Program-made: the position numbers and the translations under genes
In this document: positions 46,146-56,989 of the stretch, piece by piece
Position numbering within the stretch: position 1 is the stretch's first letter
Layout of the letters: the number at the start of each line of letters is the position of its first letter
Source of the DNA: Acidobacteriota bacterium
GTDB lineage: Bacteria; Acidobacteriota; UBA6911; RPQK01; JAJDTT01
Direction: 5' to 3'
NCBI GenBank assembly: GCA_965217775.1
Contig: CBDCJH010000002.1
Span: forward strand, 1,152,001 to 1,216,000
DNA: 64,000 nt
The notes under the pieces: model-generated
The model's input: only the letters and a program-made list of their open reading frames with translations
What the model was told of the DNA's origin: nothing
Databases searched by the model: none

Positions 46146-48029
46146 TTGCCATGTGTTTACCGCCTGTTGCATCATGCTCAGACTGTGCTGGCGCGTCGAG
46201 GCTTCCTCAGGCTCGGGTTTTTGCTGGTGGGACTTCTCCTGCTTCTCTCCGCTGAGGGGCGGAGTGAGGAGTTCCGGCGCCTCGACCAGGAGCAGATTCC
46301 CCCCGAATTTGCCACGCTGGAAGAGTGGATGGCGAGGGCGCACGAACTCCGGACCCGGATCATGGTCAGTGCGGGTCTGGAACCGCTGCCCGCCAGGATG
46401 CCTTTGGATCCAAGGCTTTCCGCGCCTGTGACGCGGGACGGCTATACGGTCCAGAACGTCAGCCTGGAAACGCTCCCCGGGTTCTACCTGACCGGGAACC
46501 TCTACCGTCCCCTGGGAATCGATCCCCCCTATCCGGCCGTTCTCTGTCCTCATGGCCATTGGAAGAACGGACGGCTCGAGAACGGCGAGCGGTCCTCGGT
46601 CCCCGGCCGCTCAATCAATCTGGCCCGGCGCGGCGCCGTGGTGTTCACCTACTCCATGATCGGTTACGAGGAGAACAAGGACCTCATCCCCCATCGGTTC
46701 GACGAGCCCCGCTACCAGCTCTGGGGTTTCGGTCCGCTGGGCCTTCAGCTCTGGAACAGCCTCCGGGCCTTGGACTTTCTCATCTCCAGGACCGACGTGG
46801 ACCCCGGCCGGATCGGAATGACCGGAGCCTCGGGCGGCGGCACCCAGACTTTCCTGCTGATGGCGGTGGATCCCAGAATCGCGGTGGCGGCGCCGGTGAA
46901 CATGATCTCGGCCCACTACCAGGGGGGATGCATCTGCGAGAACGCTCCCCTCTTGCGCCTGGATTCCATCAATACGGAGATCGGGGCCATGATGGCGCCC
47001 CGGCCGTTGATGCTGGTCTCCACCAGCGGCGATTGGACCTCCAAGACTCCGGACGTGGAGTTTCCGGCCATCCGCTCCGTCTACCGCCTCTTCGGCGCGG
47101 AGGAACGGGTCGCCAATGCCCATTTCGACTACCCGCACAACTACAACCGGGACAGCCGGGAGGCGGTCTATGGATGGTTCGGGAAATGGCTGTGGGGTCA
47201 GGAACGGCCAGATGAAGAGCCGTTCCAGGTGGAGCCGACGGATGCACTGAAAGCCGTCCTTCCGGCGCCGCCGCTGCCTTTGGAAGAGCTCTTCTCCAAC
47301 TTCGCCGCCCGGGCCCGGGGACAGATCGAGATTCATAAACCGCGAGACTGGGAAGGAATCTTTCGCTACCGGGAGGTCTTTGGCCCCGTCTTGCGGCATT
47401 CCCTTGCGGTGCCTCCGTCACCAGGCTCCGTCGAGATGGAGATGCTGCTGCCCGATCCCCATCACCGCGCCGGCCAGTCCGTGCTCGTGGTGCATCCGCG
47501 AGAGCAAGAGGAACGGGCCCGGGCATTGGCGCGCCGATACCGGGATGAGGGACGCTTGGCGTTCCGGATCAGCCCCTATCCCCAGGTCGAGTCGCTGACT
47601 CCTCCCGAAGACGTCAATCACTGGACGACCTACAACCCGACTCCGGCGTCGCGGCGGATTGACCAGGTCCGGCGGGCCTGCCGCGAGATCCTGGACCGGG
47701 GAGACGTGACCGGACTGGACTTGGTGGGGCTGGGAGAGGCGGGGGCGTGGGCCCTGCTCGGCGCCGTCACGGGTCCCTCTGTCGGGAGCGTCACGGTCGA
47801 ATTGAAAGAGTTTTCGGTCGACACGGATCAGGCCTTTCTGGAACGCCTCAACGTGCCCCTGCTGCGGCGGGCTGGAGACCTGAGGACGGCGGCAGTTCTA
47901 TTGGCCCCCGGGCAACTGACGCTCCACGAGCTCGACGAGGGCCCACTGAAGCTCTGGTTCCAGGAGGTCTACGGGGTGGCCGGCGCGGCCGGCATGCTCG
48001 AGTTCCGGAGCGCACCCATCGGCGAGTAG
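46146..48029 (+). CDS. alpha/beta hydrolase (acetylxylan-esterase-like)
   Basis: LTGNLYRP, PAVLCPHGH, RIGMTGASGGGTQT nucleophile elbow, GGCICEN and HNYN; start uncertain. Confidence 0.85.
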   Translation: MPCVYRLLHHAQTVLARRGFLRLGFLLVGLLLLLSAEGRSEEFRRLDQEQIPPEFATLEEWMARAHELRTRIMVSAGLEPLPARMPLDPRLSAPVTRDGYTVQNVSLETLPGFYLTGNLYRPLGIDPPYPAVLCPHGHWKNGRLENGERSSVPGRSINLARRGAVVFTYSMIGYEENKDLIPHRFDEPRYQLWGFGPLGLQLWNSLRALDFLISRTDVDPGRIGMTGASGGGTQTFLLMAVDPRIAVAAPVNMISAHYQGGCICENAPLLRLDSINTEIGAMMAPRPLMLVSTSGDWTSKTPDVEFPAIRSVYRLFGAEERVANAHFDYPHNYNRDSREAVYGWFGKWLWGQERPDEEPFQVEPTDALKAVLPAPPLPLEELFSNFAARARGQIEIHKPRDWEGIFRYREVFGPVLRHSLAVPPSPGSVEMEMLLPDPHHRAGQSVLVVHPREQEERARALARRYRDEGRLAFRISPYPQVESLTPPEDVNHWTTYNPTPASRRIDQVRRACREILDRGDVTGLDLVGLGEAGAWALLGAVTGPSVGSVTVELKEFSVDTDQAFLERLNVPLLRRAGDLRTAAVLLAPGQLTLHELDEGPLKLWFQEVYGVAGAAGMLEFRSAPIGE

Positions 48030-48085
48030 CGGGTCGGGACCCGATTTTTTCCTGATTCGGCGGTTGAAGAAAATCAAGGAGAGCC

Positions 48086-49435
48086 ATGACCGACCCATCT
48101 CATGCGGAACAGACGCAAACAGCGCCCCGGGGATTCCGGCCCGTCCTGCGAAAGCTGGGTCCCGGGCTCATCATCTCCGGGTCCATCGTGGGTTCGGGAG
48201 AGCTCATCGCCACCACCACCCTCGGCGCCGAGGTCGGCTTCGTCGCCCTCTGGCTCATCATCCTGAGCTGCGGCATCAAGGTCGTGGTCCAGGAGGAGCT
48301 GGGACGGTACGTGGTGTCCTCCGGAGAGACCGCCCTGCAGGGGCTGAACCGGGTCCCGGGACCCCGGTGGCGGGTATCGTGGGTGGTCTGGTGCTGGTGG
48401 ATCATGACCCTGGGAGTCGTCGTCCAGGGGGGCGGCATCGTCGGGGGGGTCGGTCAGGTCTTCCACCTCTTTCTGCCTCAGATCAGCGGGACCGCATGGG
48501 CCATGGTCGCCGCGGTCACGGTGATGGCGCTTCTGTTCCGGGGGCACTACGGCAGGGTGGAGAAGATCTGTGTGGGGATGGTGGTCAGCTTCACCTTCGT
48601 GACCATCGCCTGCGCCGTCCTGCTGGGGTGGACCCCTTTCTCCCCCACTGCTGAAGATTTCCTCTCCGGCCTGCGGTTTGGCCTTCCCGAGGGAGGGATC
48701 GCCGTTGCTTTCGCCGCCTTCGGAATCACCGGAGTGGGGGCGACGGAGTTGATCATGTATCCCTACTGGTGCCTGGAGAAAGGCTACTCGCGCTTCGTGG
48801 GCCCCCGGGAAGAGGGCGCCGCTTGGGAAGGACGGGCGCGAGGCTGGATACGGGTCATGCAGGCGGATGTGCTCATGGCCATGGTGGTCTACACAACGGC
48901 TACGGTGGCCTTCTACATTCTGGGTGCGGCGGTCCTTCACGGGATGGGGACGGTCCCGGCCGGCTACGGAATGGTCTCCACCCTGTCGAACATGTACACC
49001 TCCACCCTGGGACAGGGGGCCTTCTACCTCTTTCTGGTGGGGGCCTTCTTCGTGCTCTACTCGACTCTCTTCGCCGGCGTCGCCAGCAGTTCCCGGGTCA
49101 TCACGGACTTCCTGCATTTGGTGGGAGTGGTCCGGATCGAGGGCGAGAGCCAGCTCCTGTTCTGGAGGCGGGTGGTGATCGTGGTGGTCCCGACGCTCTA
49201 CGTCGTACTCTACGCATGGGTGGCGCAGCCGGTCTTCATGGTCATCATCGGCGGGATCTTCCAGGCGTGCATGCTCCCCGTCATCAGTTTCTCGGCCATC
49301 TACCTCCGCTATCGCCACACCGACCGGGCGATCCGGCCGAATCTCGCGGTCGACGTGCTGCTCTGGGCCTGCTCCACCGTCATGCTCCTCTTTGCCGTCT
49401 ACTACGTGGCCAAGAGGCTCGGGTTCGGCGCCTGA
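48086..49435 (+). CDS. Nramp/MntH-like membrane transporter
   Basis: LGPGLIISGSIVGSGELI, GITGVGATEL and YPYWCLEKGY; about 11 TM segments. Confidence 0.85.
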   Translation: MTDPSHAEQTQTAPRGFRPVLRKLGPGLIISGSIVGSGELIATTTLGAEVGFVALWLIILSCGIKVVVQEELGRYVVSSGETALQGLNRVPGPRWRVSWVVWCWWIMTLGVVVQGGGIVGGVGQVFHLFLPQISGTAWAMVAAVTVMALLFRGHYGRVEKICVGMVVSFTFVTIACAVLLGWTPFSPTAEDFLSGLRFGLPEGGIAVAFAAFGITGVGATELIMYPYWCLEKGYSRFVGPREEGAAWEGRARGWIRVMQADVLMAMVVYTTATVAFYILGAAVLHGMGTVPAGYGMVSTLSNMYTSTLGQGAFYLFLVGAFFVLYSTLFAGVASSSRVITDFLHLVGVVRIEGESQLLFWRRVVIVVVPTLYVVLYAWVAQPVFMVIIGGIFQACMLPVISFSAIYLRYRHTDRAIRPNLAVDVLLWACSTVMLLFAVYYVAKRLGFGA

Positions 49436-49457
49436 CGGTCCGTCACATGGGTTGTCC

Positions 49458-49612
49458 CTACGGCACCGGTTTCCTGAAGATGACGATGTGCTGGTGGGGC
49501 AGGAGGTCCAGCGTCTCGACCCTGACCAGGGGATGCGCTGAGATCTGGCGCCAGACCTGATCCTGGTTCATCTTGTGCAGCCGGACGATGGGAACCGCCG
49601 GATCTTCCGCCC
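49458..49612 (-). pseudogene. 3' fragment of the class I SAM methyltransferase (variant A)
   Basis: AEDPAVPIVRLHKMNQDQVWRQISAHPL...IFRKPVP*; homologous to the C-terminus of 59509-60231; ends at the junction motif. Confidence 0.88.
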
Positions 49613-49928
49613 TGCGGGAAAAAGGGGACAGTCTATTTTTCCGATTCCCGGAACGGGAACGGGTCCAACACATTGAGCTAGCCGCGAAGCGAATCTAGGG
49701 CATTCCCGAGTTCCGTTTCTACGCGATTGCGGATGGGATCAAGCAGCTCTTGCATGGCCGAGCCGCCGGGATTGGACCGCGTCGTCGCGATCCTCGTTCA
49801 AACCTGCTTCCCCTGTTCTCCTGAACCGTCAGAAAAATGAGAAAAGTCCAGAGTCTATTGGGTGGTTCCCGTGATTTGGGTCGTTCGGTGCCGCAGGGGC
49901 AGAATCGACGGTCGGCGATCAGGCGAGT

Positions 49929-50864
49929 CTACGTGACGAAGGCGTGCGAGCGCTGCTCCCGCAAGGAAAACAGCAATCCGCCCATTTGGGGGATGGGGTG
50001 TCGGCGACGACGGTATCGACCTTGCCGCCGATATGTTTCCAGTAGCTGCGCCACCTTCTCTGCCGGCCCGACGGCCAATCCATCCGTCAGAAATCGAAAA
50101 CGCCGGCGAAAAGCTCCGGCACGGGTGAATCCACGTCGCTGGTCCTGATGGAGGATCCACCGGGGGATCGCGGCCTGGTTGTCCCGGGTGGGGACGGCTC
50201 CTCGATAGTGCAAGCGAGCCCGGTAACTGCTGTACACGTCCGTTCCGGGATCCGAGGGGAATAGTTCCTCCAGTGGAATCAGATCTTGATCCTCGCCGGT
50301 GAGCCTCCAGCGGGCCGAACCCCACTTCCACTGCTCGGGTCGTTTGACCAGTCCGGCTCGGATGGCATTGAGTTCCACGTAGAGGATGGCGTCCTGGACG
50401 GCTTCGCTTCCCAAGAGTTCCGGGTTCTTGAAACGATCACTCCAAAAATGGCCTCGCCGTGCAAACTTCAGGTTGAACTACCGAGCATATAGCCCGTTCA
50501 AGTTCTGCATCAGTTTCGACACGTCAAATAGACGCTGGTTGAAAGCCTCCCATTGGGCGGCGGTCCAACCGGCGGTCTTCTCCTCTGCCTGTCGTCCATA
50601 AAGTTTGTCGGCGCTCTCCATCAACTCCTCGCGGGACAAGGGCCGAGGTTTCTCAAAATGGACGATAAAGTGGAAATGATTGCCCATGATCTGGAAAGCG
50701 GCCAAACGACACCGGTAGGCATTGACGTAGAACAACATCATGTCCAGGAATTTGTGCCGGGCTTGGCGGTCTTCAAAGGGGAACCAATCGGGCCGGCCGG
50801 CGACTCGATTGGTGAGGTAATAGAAGGCGGCTTCTGTGCTTTTGTGTCGTGCGGTTCGGGCCAT
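49929..50864 (-). pseudogene. HUH Y1 (RAYT-like) transposase copy 1, with an internal amber stop
   Basis: Colinear with copies 2 and 3 (936 nt); YYLTNR, MGNHFH and YVELNAIRAGLV; TAG at 50478-50480 replaces Trp. Confidence 0.9.
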
Positions 50865-50997
50865 GGCCACGGTCCTCAGTGAATCGAATCGGACTCGGTC
50901 TCGGAGGGGAGTCGGTGCGTACCCCTGATGACAACAACGATTCAAAACTGAGAAAGGCGAAAAACGAACGTCCCAAAAAACAGACTGTCCCCTTCCC

Positions 50998-51040
50998 GCA
51001 CGCACGTCCCCTTCTCACGCACGTCCCCTTCTCGCACGAA
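50998..51040. repeat. short tandem repeat CACGCACGTCCCCTTCT next to the junction motif
   Basis: About 2.5 copies of a 17-bp unit directly adjacent to AGACTGTCCCCTTC. Confidence 0.75.
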
Positions 51041-51152
51041 GGAGGGCACCCATGACGGTCCGTGACAAGAGTCGCCGCGGATTTGGACGAGCGTTGGTTC
51101 GCGGCCGACGGCAAGGGATGGCGACCACAAGGGTCGCCCCTGCGGGGGTTGT

Positions 51153-51423
51153 CTACCCGGTCGGCTTCTGGAAGATGACGATGTGCTGCCGGGGCAGGAG
51201 GTCGAGCGTCTCCACCCAGACCAGCGGATGCGCTGAGATCTCGCGCCGGACCTGGTCCAGGCTCATCTTGTGGAGCCGGAGGATGGGAACCGTCGGGTCC
51301 TCGGCCCGGTACTCCACCAGGACCAGGCGCCCACCCGGCTTCAGCGCCCGGTGAATTCCCCGGATCATCTCCCAGGGATGAGAGAGTTCGTGGTAGACAT
51401 CCACCAGGAGGGCGAGGTCCACG
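51153..51423 (-). pseudogene. 3' fragment of the SAM methyltransferase (variant B) with downstream REP
   Basis: About 51080-51423 duplicates about 59435-59779. Confidence 0.9.
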
Positions 51424-51752
51424 AAAAAAAGGGACCAAAAAAAGGGACAGTCTATTTTTCTCGTTCTTCCCATGGCCGGGTCCAGAACCTTAAGATTCAG
51501 CACCGCCTCGGCCGGGTCCAACTTGAGCAGTTCAGCTTTCCGTTGTTGCTGGGGCCGTCTATCGTCGCTGAGTCGCTCGGCTTTGTCCTCGAACGCCTTG
51601 AGACGCTCTTCAGCCAGCGGTTTCAGGGTCTGCTCAACGATCAGATCCACCAGCTCCTGGGGCGTGAAAAAGCTGCCGCAGTCCTTGCGGGCATAGGGAT
51701 TGGGACGAATGGAGATCTTGCCGTCACCTTTACGGATCGGTTCCTGCTCTAG

Positions 51753-53823
51753 CCCGAGTTTACCGTATTGGAGATCAGGATAAAGATAAGTTGTTTTTTT
51801 GCAAAGAGATAGGGCAGGTGTCCCGTATGACCTACGGAGCCGAACCAAGGGGTCGGATGGCGTGTTTTTCGAGTCCCAGGACTTCGTACATCGTGCGCTG
51901 TTCGTCCGTCATCTGCGAGAGCGTCGTCCGGAGTTCGGGCTCGCCGCCCTCCTCCCGCGCTGGATACAGCACGTCGACCTCGCGGATCCCGCTGAGCGCG
52001 TCCAGCAGCGCGGGGATCGAATCCTGCACGCCGTGGCGGCTCAGTTCCCGCTGCAGCAGGCCGCACAGCATCAGCGCCAGCACGCAGCAGAACACATGCA
52101 CCGCGATCTTCTGGTCCGTCCAGTGGTATTGTGGCCGAATGGCGATGCAGTTGCTGTCCTTGAGCTGCCGGAAGGCGCTCTCGACATGATGTTGCGCGCG
52201 GTAGCCGCGCACCAGCTCGGCATCGCTCCAGCCCGCCTGGTCGGTGAACAGCAGGGTCTTGCCCAGTAACCTGCGCTGAAGCTGCTCCCAGGCGCGCCGC
52301 TGGAAGCGATAATTCACCTTCGGCAAGCCGTCCACCTCACGCACCTGAACGGCGAACAGGTCCCGCATGTGCCGGGCCCGCAGCCAGCCGTCGACCTTCT
52401 TGCGCGTGCCGGCCAGGCTCGGCTTGCGTCCCCCCCGGATCTTGCCCTCGCGCCAGCGCCACAACTGCCACTGCAGGGCGCGCAGGTGCTGGCGCCGCTT
52501 AGCGATCTCGCGCAGCAGCGTCCGACATTGGGCGTCGAACAGCGCTTGGTTCCAAGTCACCAGCACCGTGCGCTGGACGCCGAACACTTTGGACTCGGTG
52601 CGGTAGGAGCGCACGCCGGCCAGCCCGTCGGCCTCCAGCGAGCGCATCTGGTCCGCAGGCACGGCCAGCAGGTGCGGATGCTGGGTGGGGACCAGCGAGC
52701 CGATGAAGTGGAACGGGCTGCGCTCGACCCAGTCCAAGTTCGGGCGCGAGTTGTTGCCCTTGTCGAAGACCAGGGTGACCGTCTCGGTCCCGGCGGCGAT
52801 CTCCCGGTAGCGCCGGGCCAAGTCGGCGGCGAGGCTTTGGAACGTTGGCGCGTCGGGGCGGTTGCCGGGATAGGTGCGATGCAGCAGGGGCAGGCGGAAG
52901 TCGGCCGTGACCAGCAGGGCCACGCCGATGATGCGCAACGACCTGCGGCCCTCCTTGCTGTGACCGCGCTGAGCCAGTTGGGAGCGCTGGTTGAAGGAAT
53001 TGATGTAGGTAAAGAAGTTAGTGGCGTCAAACAGCACTTGGCCCAGGTCGAGGCGGAACTCGCGGGTCATGGCGGCAACGATGTCGCGTTCAATGGCGGG
53101 GAGGGCGGGGACGGGGACGCGGTGCATATGGTCCCAGAAGCGCTGGCTGGTGAGCTGGTTGGAGCGCAGGGGGAGCAGGCGGCGCAGGGCGGTGGAGTTG
53201 AACCAACGGGCGAGGCTGGCCTTGGAGCCGGGGGCGAGGCAGCGGTTGAGGACGGCGGCGAGCAAGTAGGTGCCGACGGAGGGACCGGAGCCGCGCTTGG
53301 GGAGATGGCGGTCGATGTGCTCGACCAACTGCAAGCGGCGGGCGAGGGTAAGCAGGGCGGCCGAGGCCCCGAATTCGCGCACGACCGCCTGGAGCGGCTG
53401 GGCGGGGGCGGGGGCGGCGCGGAGCTTCTCGATGATCTTGTCGGCGCGACCGAGATAGGTCTGGGAGACGATCTTGGGTTTGCCGTCGACGCGCTTGCAG
53501 ACGCGAGCGTAGTAGTAGGGGCGGCCCCGGATGATCTTCTTGACGAGGCTGGCCATATATTTAGGTCATACAATAGCGTATGGATCCGACCGGTGTCAAG
53601 CGATATATCCGTAAAAACTTCATTGATATATGGAATAAGAGTTCTGGAGAAGACCTGACAAATCCCACCATATGTTAGGTCATACAAAAATCAATGGGAC
53701 GAGAGCAAGGGCCTCGGCCGGGCTGGGTGATAAACCCTTCCTTATCAATAACTTGAATCTGAATCGTCGGTCTGCCCACGCGCTAGGGCAATGCTATGCT
53801 GGTGCGAACACGGTAAAGTCGAG
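51753..53823 (-). mobile_element. IS1634-family insertion sequence
   Basis: TIRs CCCGAGTTTACCGTATT / (rc) CTCGACTTTACCGTGTT; CTAG TSD at 51749-51752 and 53824-53827. Confidence 0.9.
51832..53556 (-). CDS. IS1634 family DDE transposase
   Basis: MASLVKKIIRGRPYYY...RVDGKP; LFDATN, RGHSKEGR, VFDKGNNS, VESAFRQLK and RPQYHWTDQKI motifs. Confidence 0.9.
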   Translation of the reverse strand: MASLVKKIIRGRPYYYARVCKRVDGKPKIVSQTYLGRADKIIEKLRAAPAPAQPLQAVVREFGASAALLTLARRLQLVEHIDRHLPKRGSGPSVGTYLLAAVLNRCLAPGSKASLARWFNSTALRRLLPLRSNQLTSQRFWDHMHRVPVPALPAIERDIVAAMTREFRLDLGQVLFDATNFFTYINSFNQRSQLAQRGHSKEGRRSLRIIGVALLVTADFRLPLLHRTYPGNRPDAPTFQSLAADLARRYREIAAGTETVTLVFDKGNNSRPNLDWVERSPFHFIGSLVPTQHPHLLAVPADQMRSLEADGLAGVRSYRTESKVFGVQRTVLVTWNQALFDAQCRTLLREIAKRRQHLRALQWQLWRWREGKIRGGRKPSLAGTRKKVDGWLRARHMRDLFAVQVREVDGLPKVNYRFQRRAWEQLQRRLLGKTLLFTDQAGWSDAELVRGYRAQHHVESAFRQLKDSNCIAIRPQYHWTDQKIAVHVFCCVLALMLCGLLQRELSRHGVQDSIPALLDALSGIREVDVLYPAREEGGEPELRTTLSQMTDEQRTMYEVLGLEKHAIRPLGSAP

Positions 53824-54544
53824 CTAGGAGCCTCTCGTAAATCGATCCGAGTTGTTGCACCGACATGTCGCGGAAGTTGACGAAGTGCCTTCGCCCCTCC
53901 CTTCCCTGGGCATGGCTGAGGGCATGGATGATGGGAGCGATGGTAGCGTCGGGGAGGCGAGCCTGTTCCAGCAGCGGCGAGGCACCAGCCGCAAATAGCC
54001 CCCCGTTGTAGGGGGGCAGTCCAAGGGACGGATCGCCCTGGTCGATGATTCTAAAGAGATTGACCAAGCGGTCGTAGTAGGTGGTGACGACGGTCGAAAA
54101 GACGTCCAGGGACCCCATCCTGCGAGCGATGTCGTCCCGGACATGCTTGCGCAATCCGTAGTCATCGTAACGCTCGTCGTTGACCGGTAACAGATTCCGG
54201 TCCTCAGCATAGAGGACAAAGAGCAACCGATAGAGGAAGATCAAGGCTGCGTGGCGAACCTGGGGCAGGTCCTTGCCCGTGGCATTGGCCATCGCCTCCA
54301 CGAGGTGGGGAAAGGCGCTCTCGAAGACGACCCCAGACAGATCTTGGGCAACCTGCTCCTCATAGCGTTTCCCCTCCACCAAGGCGTGTTCCAGGAACGT
54401 GCCGGTTGCACCTTCCCGGAGGGTGAACGAAAAAAAGGGACCGAAAAAAAGGGACAGTCTATTTTTCTCGTTTCTTCGTGAACATCACGAAGCCAGGCGG
54501 CGAATCTGACATCACTGCAAAAAAAGCGGGTACCATTACGGACT

Positions 54545-55567
54545 GTGGCGGACACGTTACGGTTCGGTCCAGACACCATGAATGCACCGTGGGGGCTGGA
54601 CTCCAGGCTGAAGCTTGTTGTGTTGGCATGCGACTTTTTCAAGGCCGAAAAAATCGCAGCACACCATGCGGCCATTGGTAAGGAACTGCCGAAGCAGGGA
54701 AGTCCGACACCGCTTGCCGTAGCCGACTTTCTCCATTACCTGCAAGTCAAGAAGGCGTTCCCAAAGGCGCCGAATCCCTTGCATGTAGCGCTAATCCTGG
54801 AGCGGATGGTCTCCGCGGGAGTTCTCGTCCACGCGGGGAGCGGCACGGCATTCGCGGGACTCCAGAACCACTACATCTACTTCCTGACAGCGCACGAAGC
54901 ACGACGGGGTCTGTTCCGATTGGTGCCCGTGCTTGGCCCAGAGTACCTCTATAGACTATGTGAGCCAAGCTTGGTCCATATCACGGGAACCAGAGCGGGC
55001 GCTGTGGTCGCCGGAACCGGCCTCGTCGTCGACACGCGCCACGTCCTTACCTGTCGCCATGTCGTATCCGACATGACGGTGGATCCGCGGCAGACGTTTC
55101 AGGGGAGGGAATACGTGGTCGACCCCGGCTCGATCCACCGACACGCCGAGGTTGACGTGGCGGTCGTCCGCGTGTGGGGGGCGCCGTTGTCTCCGCTGAA
55201 CGGAGCCCTCATGCAAGCTCCCATTGTAGCAAAGACCGTTTATACGCTTGGCTACCCGAAGCTTCCCGGCCTCCGAGATGCGTCCGTGACGATGCAGCCG
55301 GGAGCAGTGACGAACGAATCGGTCACTTCATTGGCGGGGGAGACGCTGTTCCTCTACTCGGCTATTTCCAGACCAGGGAACAGCGGCGGACCAGTCGTGT
55401 CCGAGGACGGCTACGTGGTGGGCCTCTCTATCGTGGATGCCACTGGCCAGTACCGGACCAACGAGGCATTCTCACCGCACTATGCAGGCATCCCCGCGCA
55501 GGTCGTCGTCCAGGCGGTGAAGGATCTCGGTTTGGGCATCGAATTGCCGTTCGAGCCCTACGAGTGA
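54545..55567 (+). CDS. trypsin-like serine protease with N-terminal extension
   Basis: Catalytic triad LTCRHV / DVAV / GNSGGP; no signal peptide; start may be at 54578. Confidence 0.87.
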   Translation: MADTLRFGPDTMNAPWGLDSRLKLVVLACDFFKAEKIAAHHAAIGKELPKQGSPTPLAVADFLHYLQVKKAFPKAPNPLHVALILERMVSAGVLVHAGSGTAFAGLQNHYIYFLTAHEARRGLFRLVPVLGPEYLYRLCEPSLVHITGTRAGAVVAGTGLVVDTRHVLTCRHVVSDMTVDPRQTFQGREYVVDPGSIHRHAEVDVAVVRVWGAPLSPLNGALMQAPIVAKTVYTLGYPKLPGLRDASVTMQPGAVTNESVTSLAGETLFLYSAISRPGNSGGPVVSEDGYVVGLSIVDATGQYRTNEAFSPHYAGIPAQVVVQAVKDLGLGIELPFEPYE

Positions 55568-55824
55568 CGCACTCAGCAGGTCTCCTGGCTCAGCGTAGGC
55601 CCCTCCGCTTCGATGTTAGCGAAAAAGGGACCGAAAAAAAGGGACAGTCTATTTTTCACGTTTCTTCAGTTTCATTCAGAGACGGGAAGTGTGCTGGTTT
55701 TCGTGAGGTTCCTTCGCCTTTCCTGGTTCTGAGTCGTTGTTGTCATCAGAGGCAGACGTGAGAGGTGAGAGGTGCGAACCCGAACCGACTCCCTCGCGAG
55801 TCCGATTCACCGAGGACCGTGCCC

Positions 55825-56760
55825 ATGCCCCGAACCGCGCGACACAAGAGCAAGGAAGCCGCCTTCTATCACCTCACCAATCGAGTCACCGGCTGGACCG
55901 ATTGGTTCCCATTCGAAGACCGGCGAGCCCGTCGCAAACTCCTGGACATGATGTTGTTCTACGTCAGTGTCTACCGGTGTCGTTTGGCCGCGTTTCAGAT
56001 CATGGGCAATCACTTCCACTTCGTCGTCCATTTTGAGAAGCCTCGCTCCTTGTCCCGCAAGGAGTTGATGGAGAGCGCCGACAAGCTTTATGGGCGAAAG
56101 GCAGAGAAGAAAACCGCCGATTGGACCGTCGCCCAATGGAAGGCTTTCAACCAGCGTCTCTTTGACGTGTCGAAACTGATGGCGAATGTGGATGGGATCT
56201 ATGCCCGGTGGTACAACCGCCAGTTTCGACGGCGAGGGCATTTTTGGAGTGAACGTTTCAAGAACCCGGAACTATTGGGAACCGAAGCGGTCCAAGACGC
56301 CATTTTTTACGTGGAACTCAACGCCGTCCGGGCCGGACTGGTCAAGCGGCCCGAGCAGTGGAAGTGGGGCTCAGCCCGCTGGAGACTGTTCGGCAAAGAT
56401 CAAGACCTGATTCCACTGGAGGAACTGTTTCCCTCGGATCCCGGAACGGACCTGTACAGCAGTTACCGGGCTCGTTTGTATTATCGGGGGGCCGTCCCGA
56501 CCCGACCCAACCAGGCTGCGATCCCCCAGTGGATCCTCCATCAGGAGCAGCGACGTGGATTTACCCGTGCCGGAGCCTTTCGCCGGCGTTTGCGGTTTCT
56601 GACGGACGGGTTGGCCGTCGGTCCGGCCGAGAAGGTGGCGCAATTGCTGGAGACGTATCGGCAACAAGGTCGATATCGGCGTCGCCGACACCCCATTCCC
56701 CAACTGGGCGGAGTGATGTTTTCCCTGCGGGAGCAACGCTCGCACGCCTTCCTATCGTAG
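55825..56760 (+). CDS. HUH Y1 (RAYT-like) transposase copy 2
   Basis: YHLTNR, MGNHFH (HUH), RGHFWSERFK and YVELNAVRAGLV..PEQWKWGS; long C-terminal extension (RFLTDGLAVG). Confidence 0.9.
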   Translation: MPRTARHKSKEAAFYHLTNRVTGWTDWFPFEDRRARRKLLDMMLFYVSVYRCRLAAFQIMGNHFHFVVHFEKPRSLSRKELMESADKLYGRKAEKKTADWTVAQWKAFNQRLFDVSKLMANVDGIYARWYNRQFRRRGHFWSERFKNPELLGTEAVQDAIFYVELNAVRAGLVKRPEQWKWGSARWRLFGKDQDLIPLEELFPSDPGTDLYSSYRARLYYRGAVPTRPNQAAIPQWILHQEQRRGFTRAGAFRRRLRFLTDGLAVGPAEKVAQLLETYRQQGRYRRRRHPIPQLGGVMFSLREQRSHAFLS

Positions 56761-56989
56761 ACTCGCCTGATCTCCGTTTGTCGATTCTGCCACCGCGGCA
56801 CCGACTGACCGAGATCACGGGAAACGCCCAATAGACTGAATTGTCCTGTTGAATGCGTGGAAAGTCCTTCGGACTTCCATCCATTTGCCAGAGGTTCACC
56901 GTTCTGCTTCCTGCTTCCGGGTGGGATTCTCAAGACTCGCGACACGCAACACAGAGCCGGAAAAAGGGGACAGTCTATTTTCTTTTCCC

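Larger units (their letters stand above)
51469..54420 (-). pseudogene. internal fragment of a type IIG (Eco57I-like) restriction-modification enzyme, split by IS1634
   Basis: LYRLLFVLYAEDR, PYNGGLF and QQLGSIYERLL|EQEP...RKDCGSFFTP...KVLDPAMG; IS removal restores the frame; both ends abut junction motifs. Confidence 0.88.

Noticed and set aside
50478-50480. Programmed amber read-through in RAYT copy 1
   Set aside because: A single TGG-to-TAG change relative to the intact copies; simple pseudogenisation is sufficient
51153-51848. 231 aa ORF as a genuine RM-methyltransferase fusion gene
   Set aside because: It reads through an IS end, the RM fragment, the junction motif and the MTase fragment; chance open frame with no credible start
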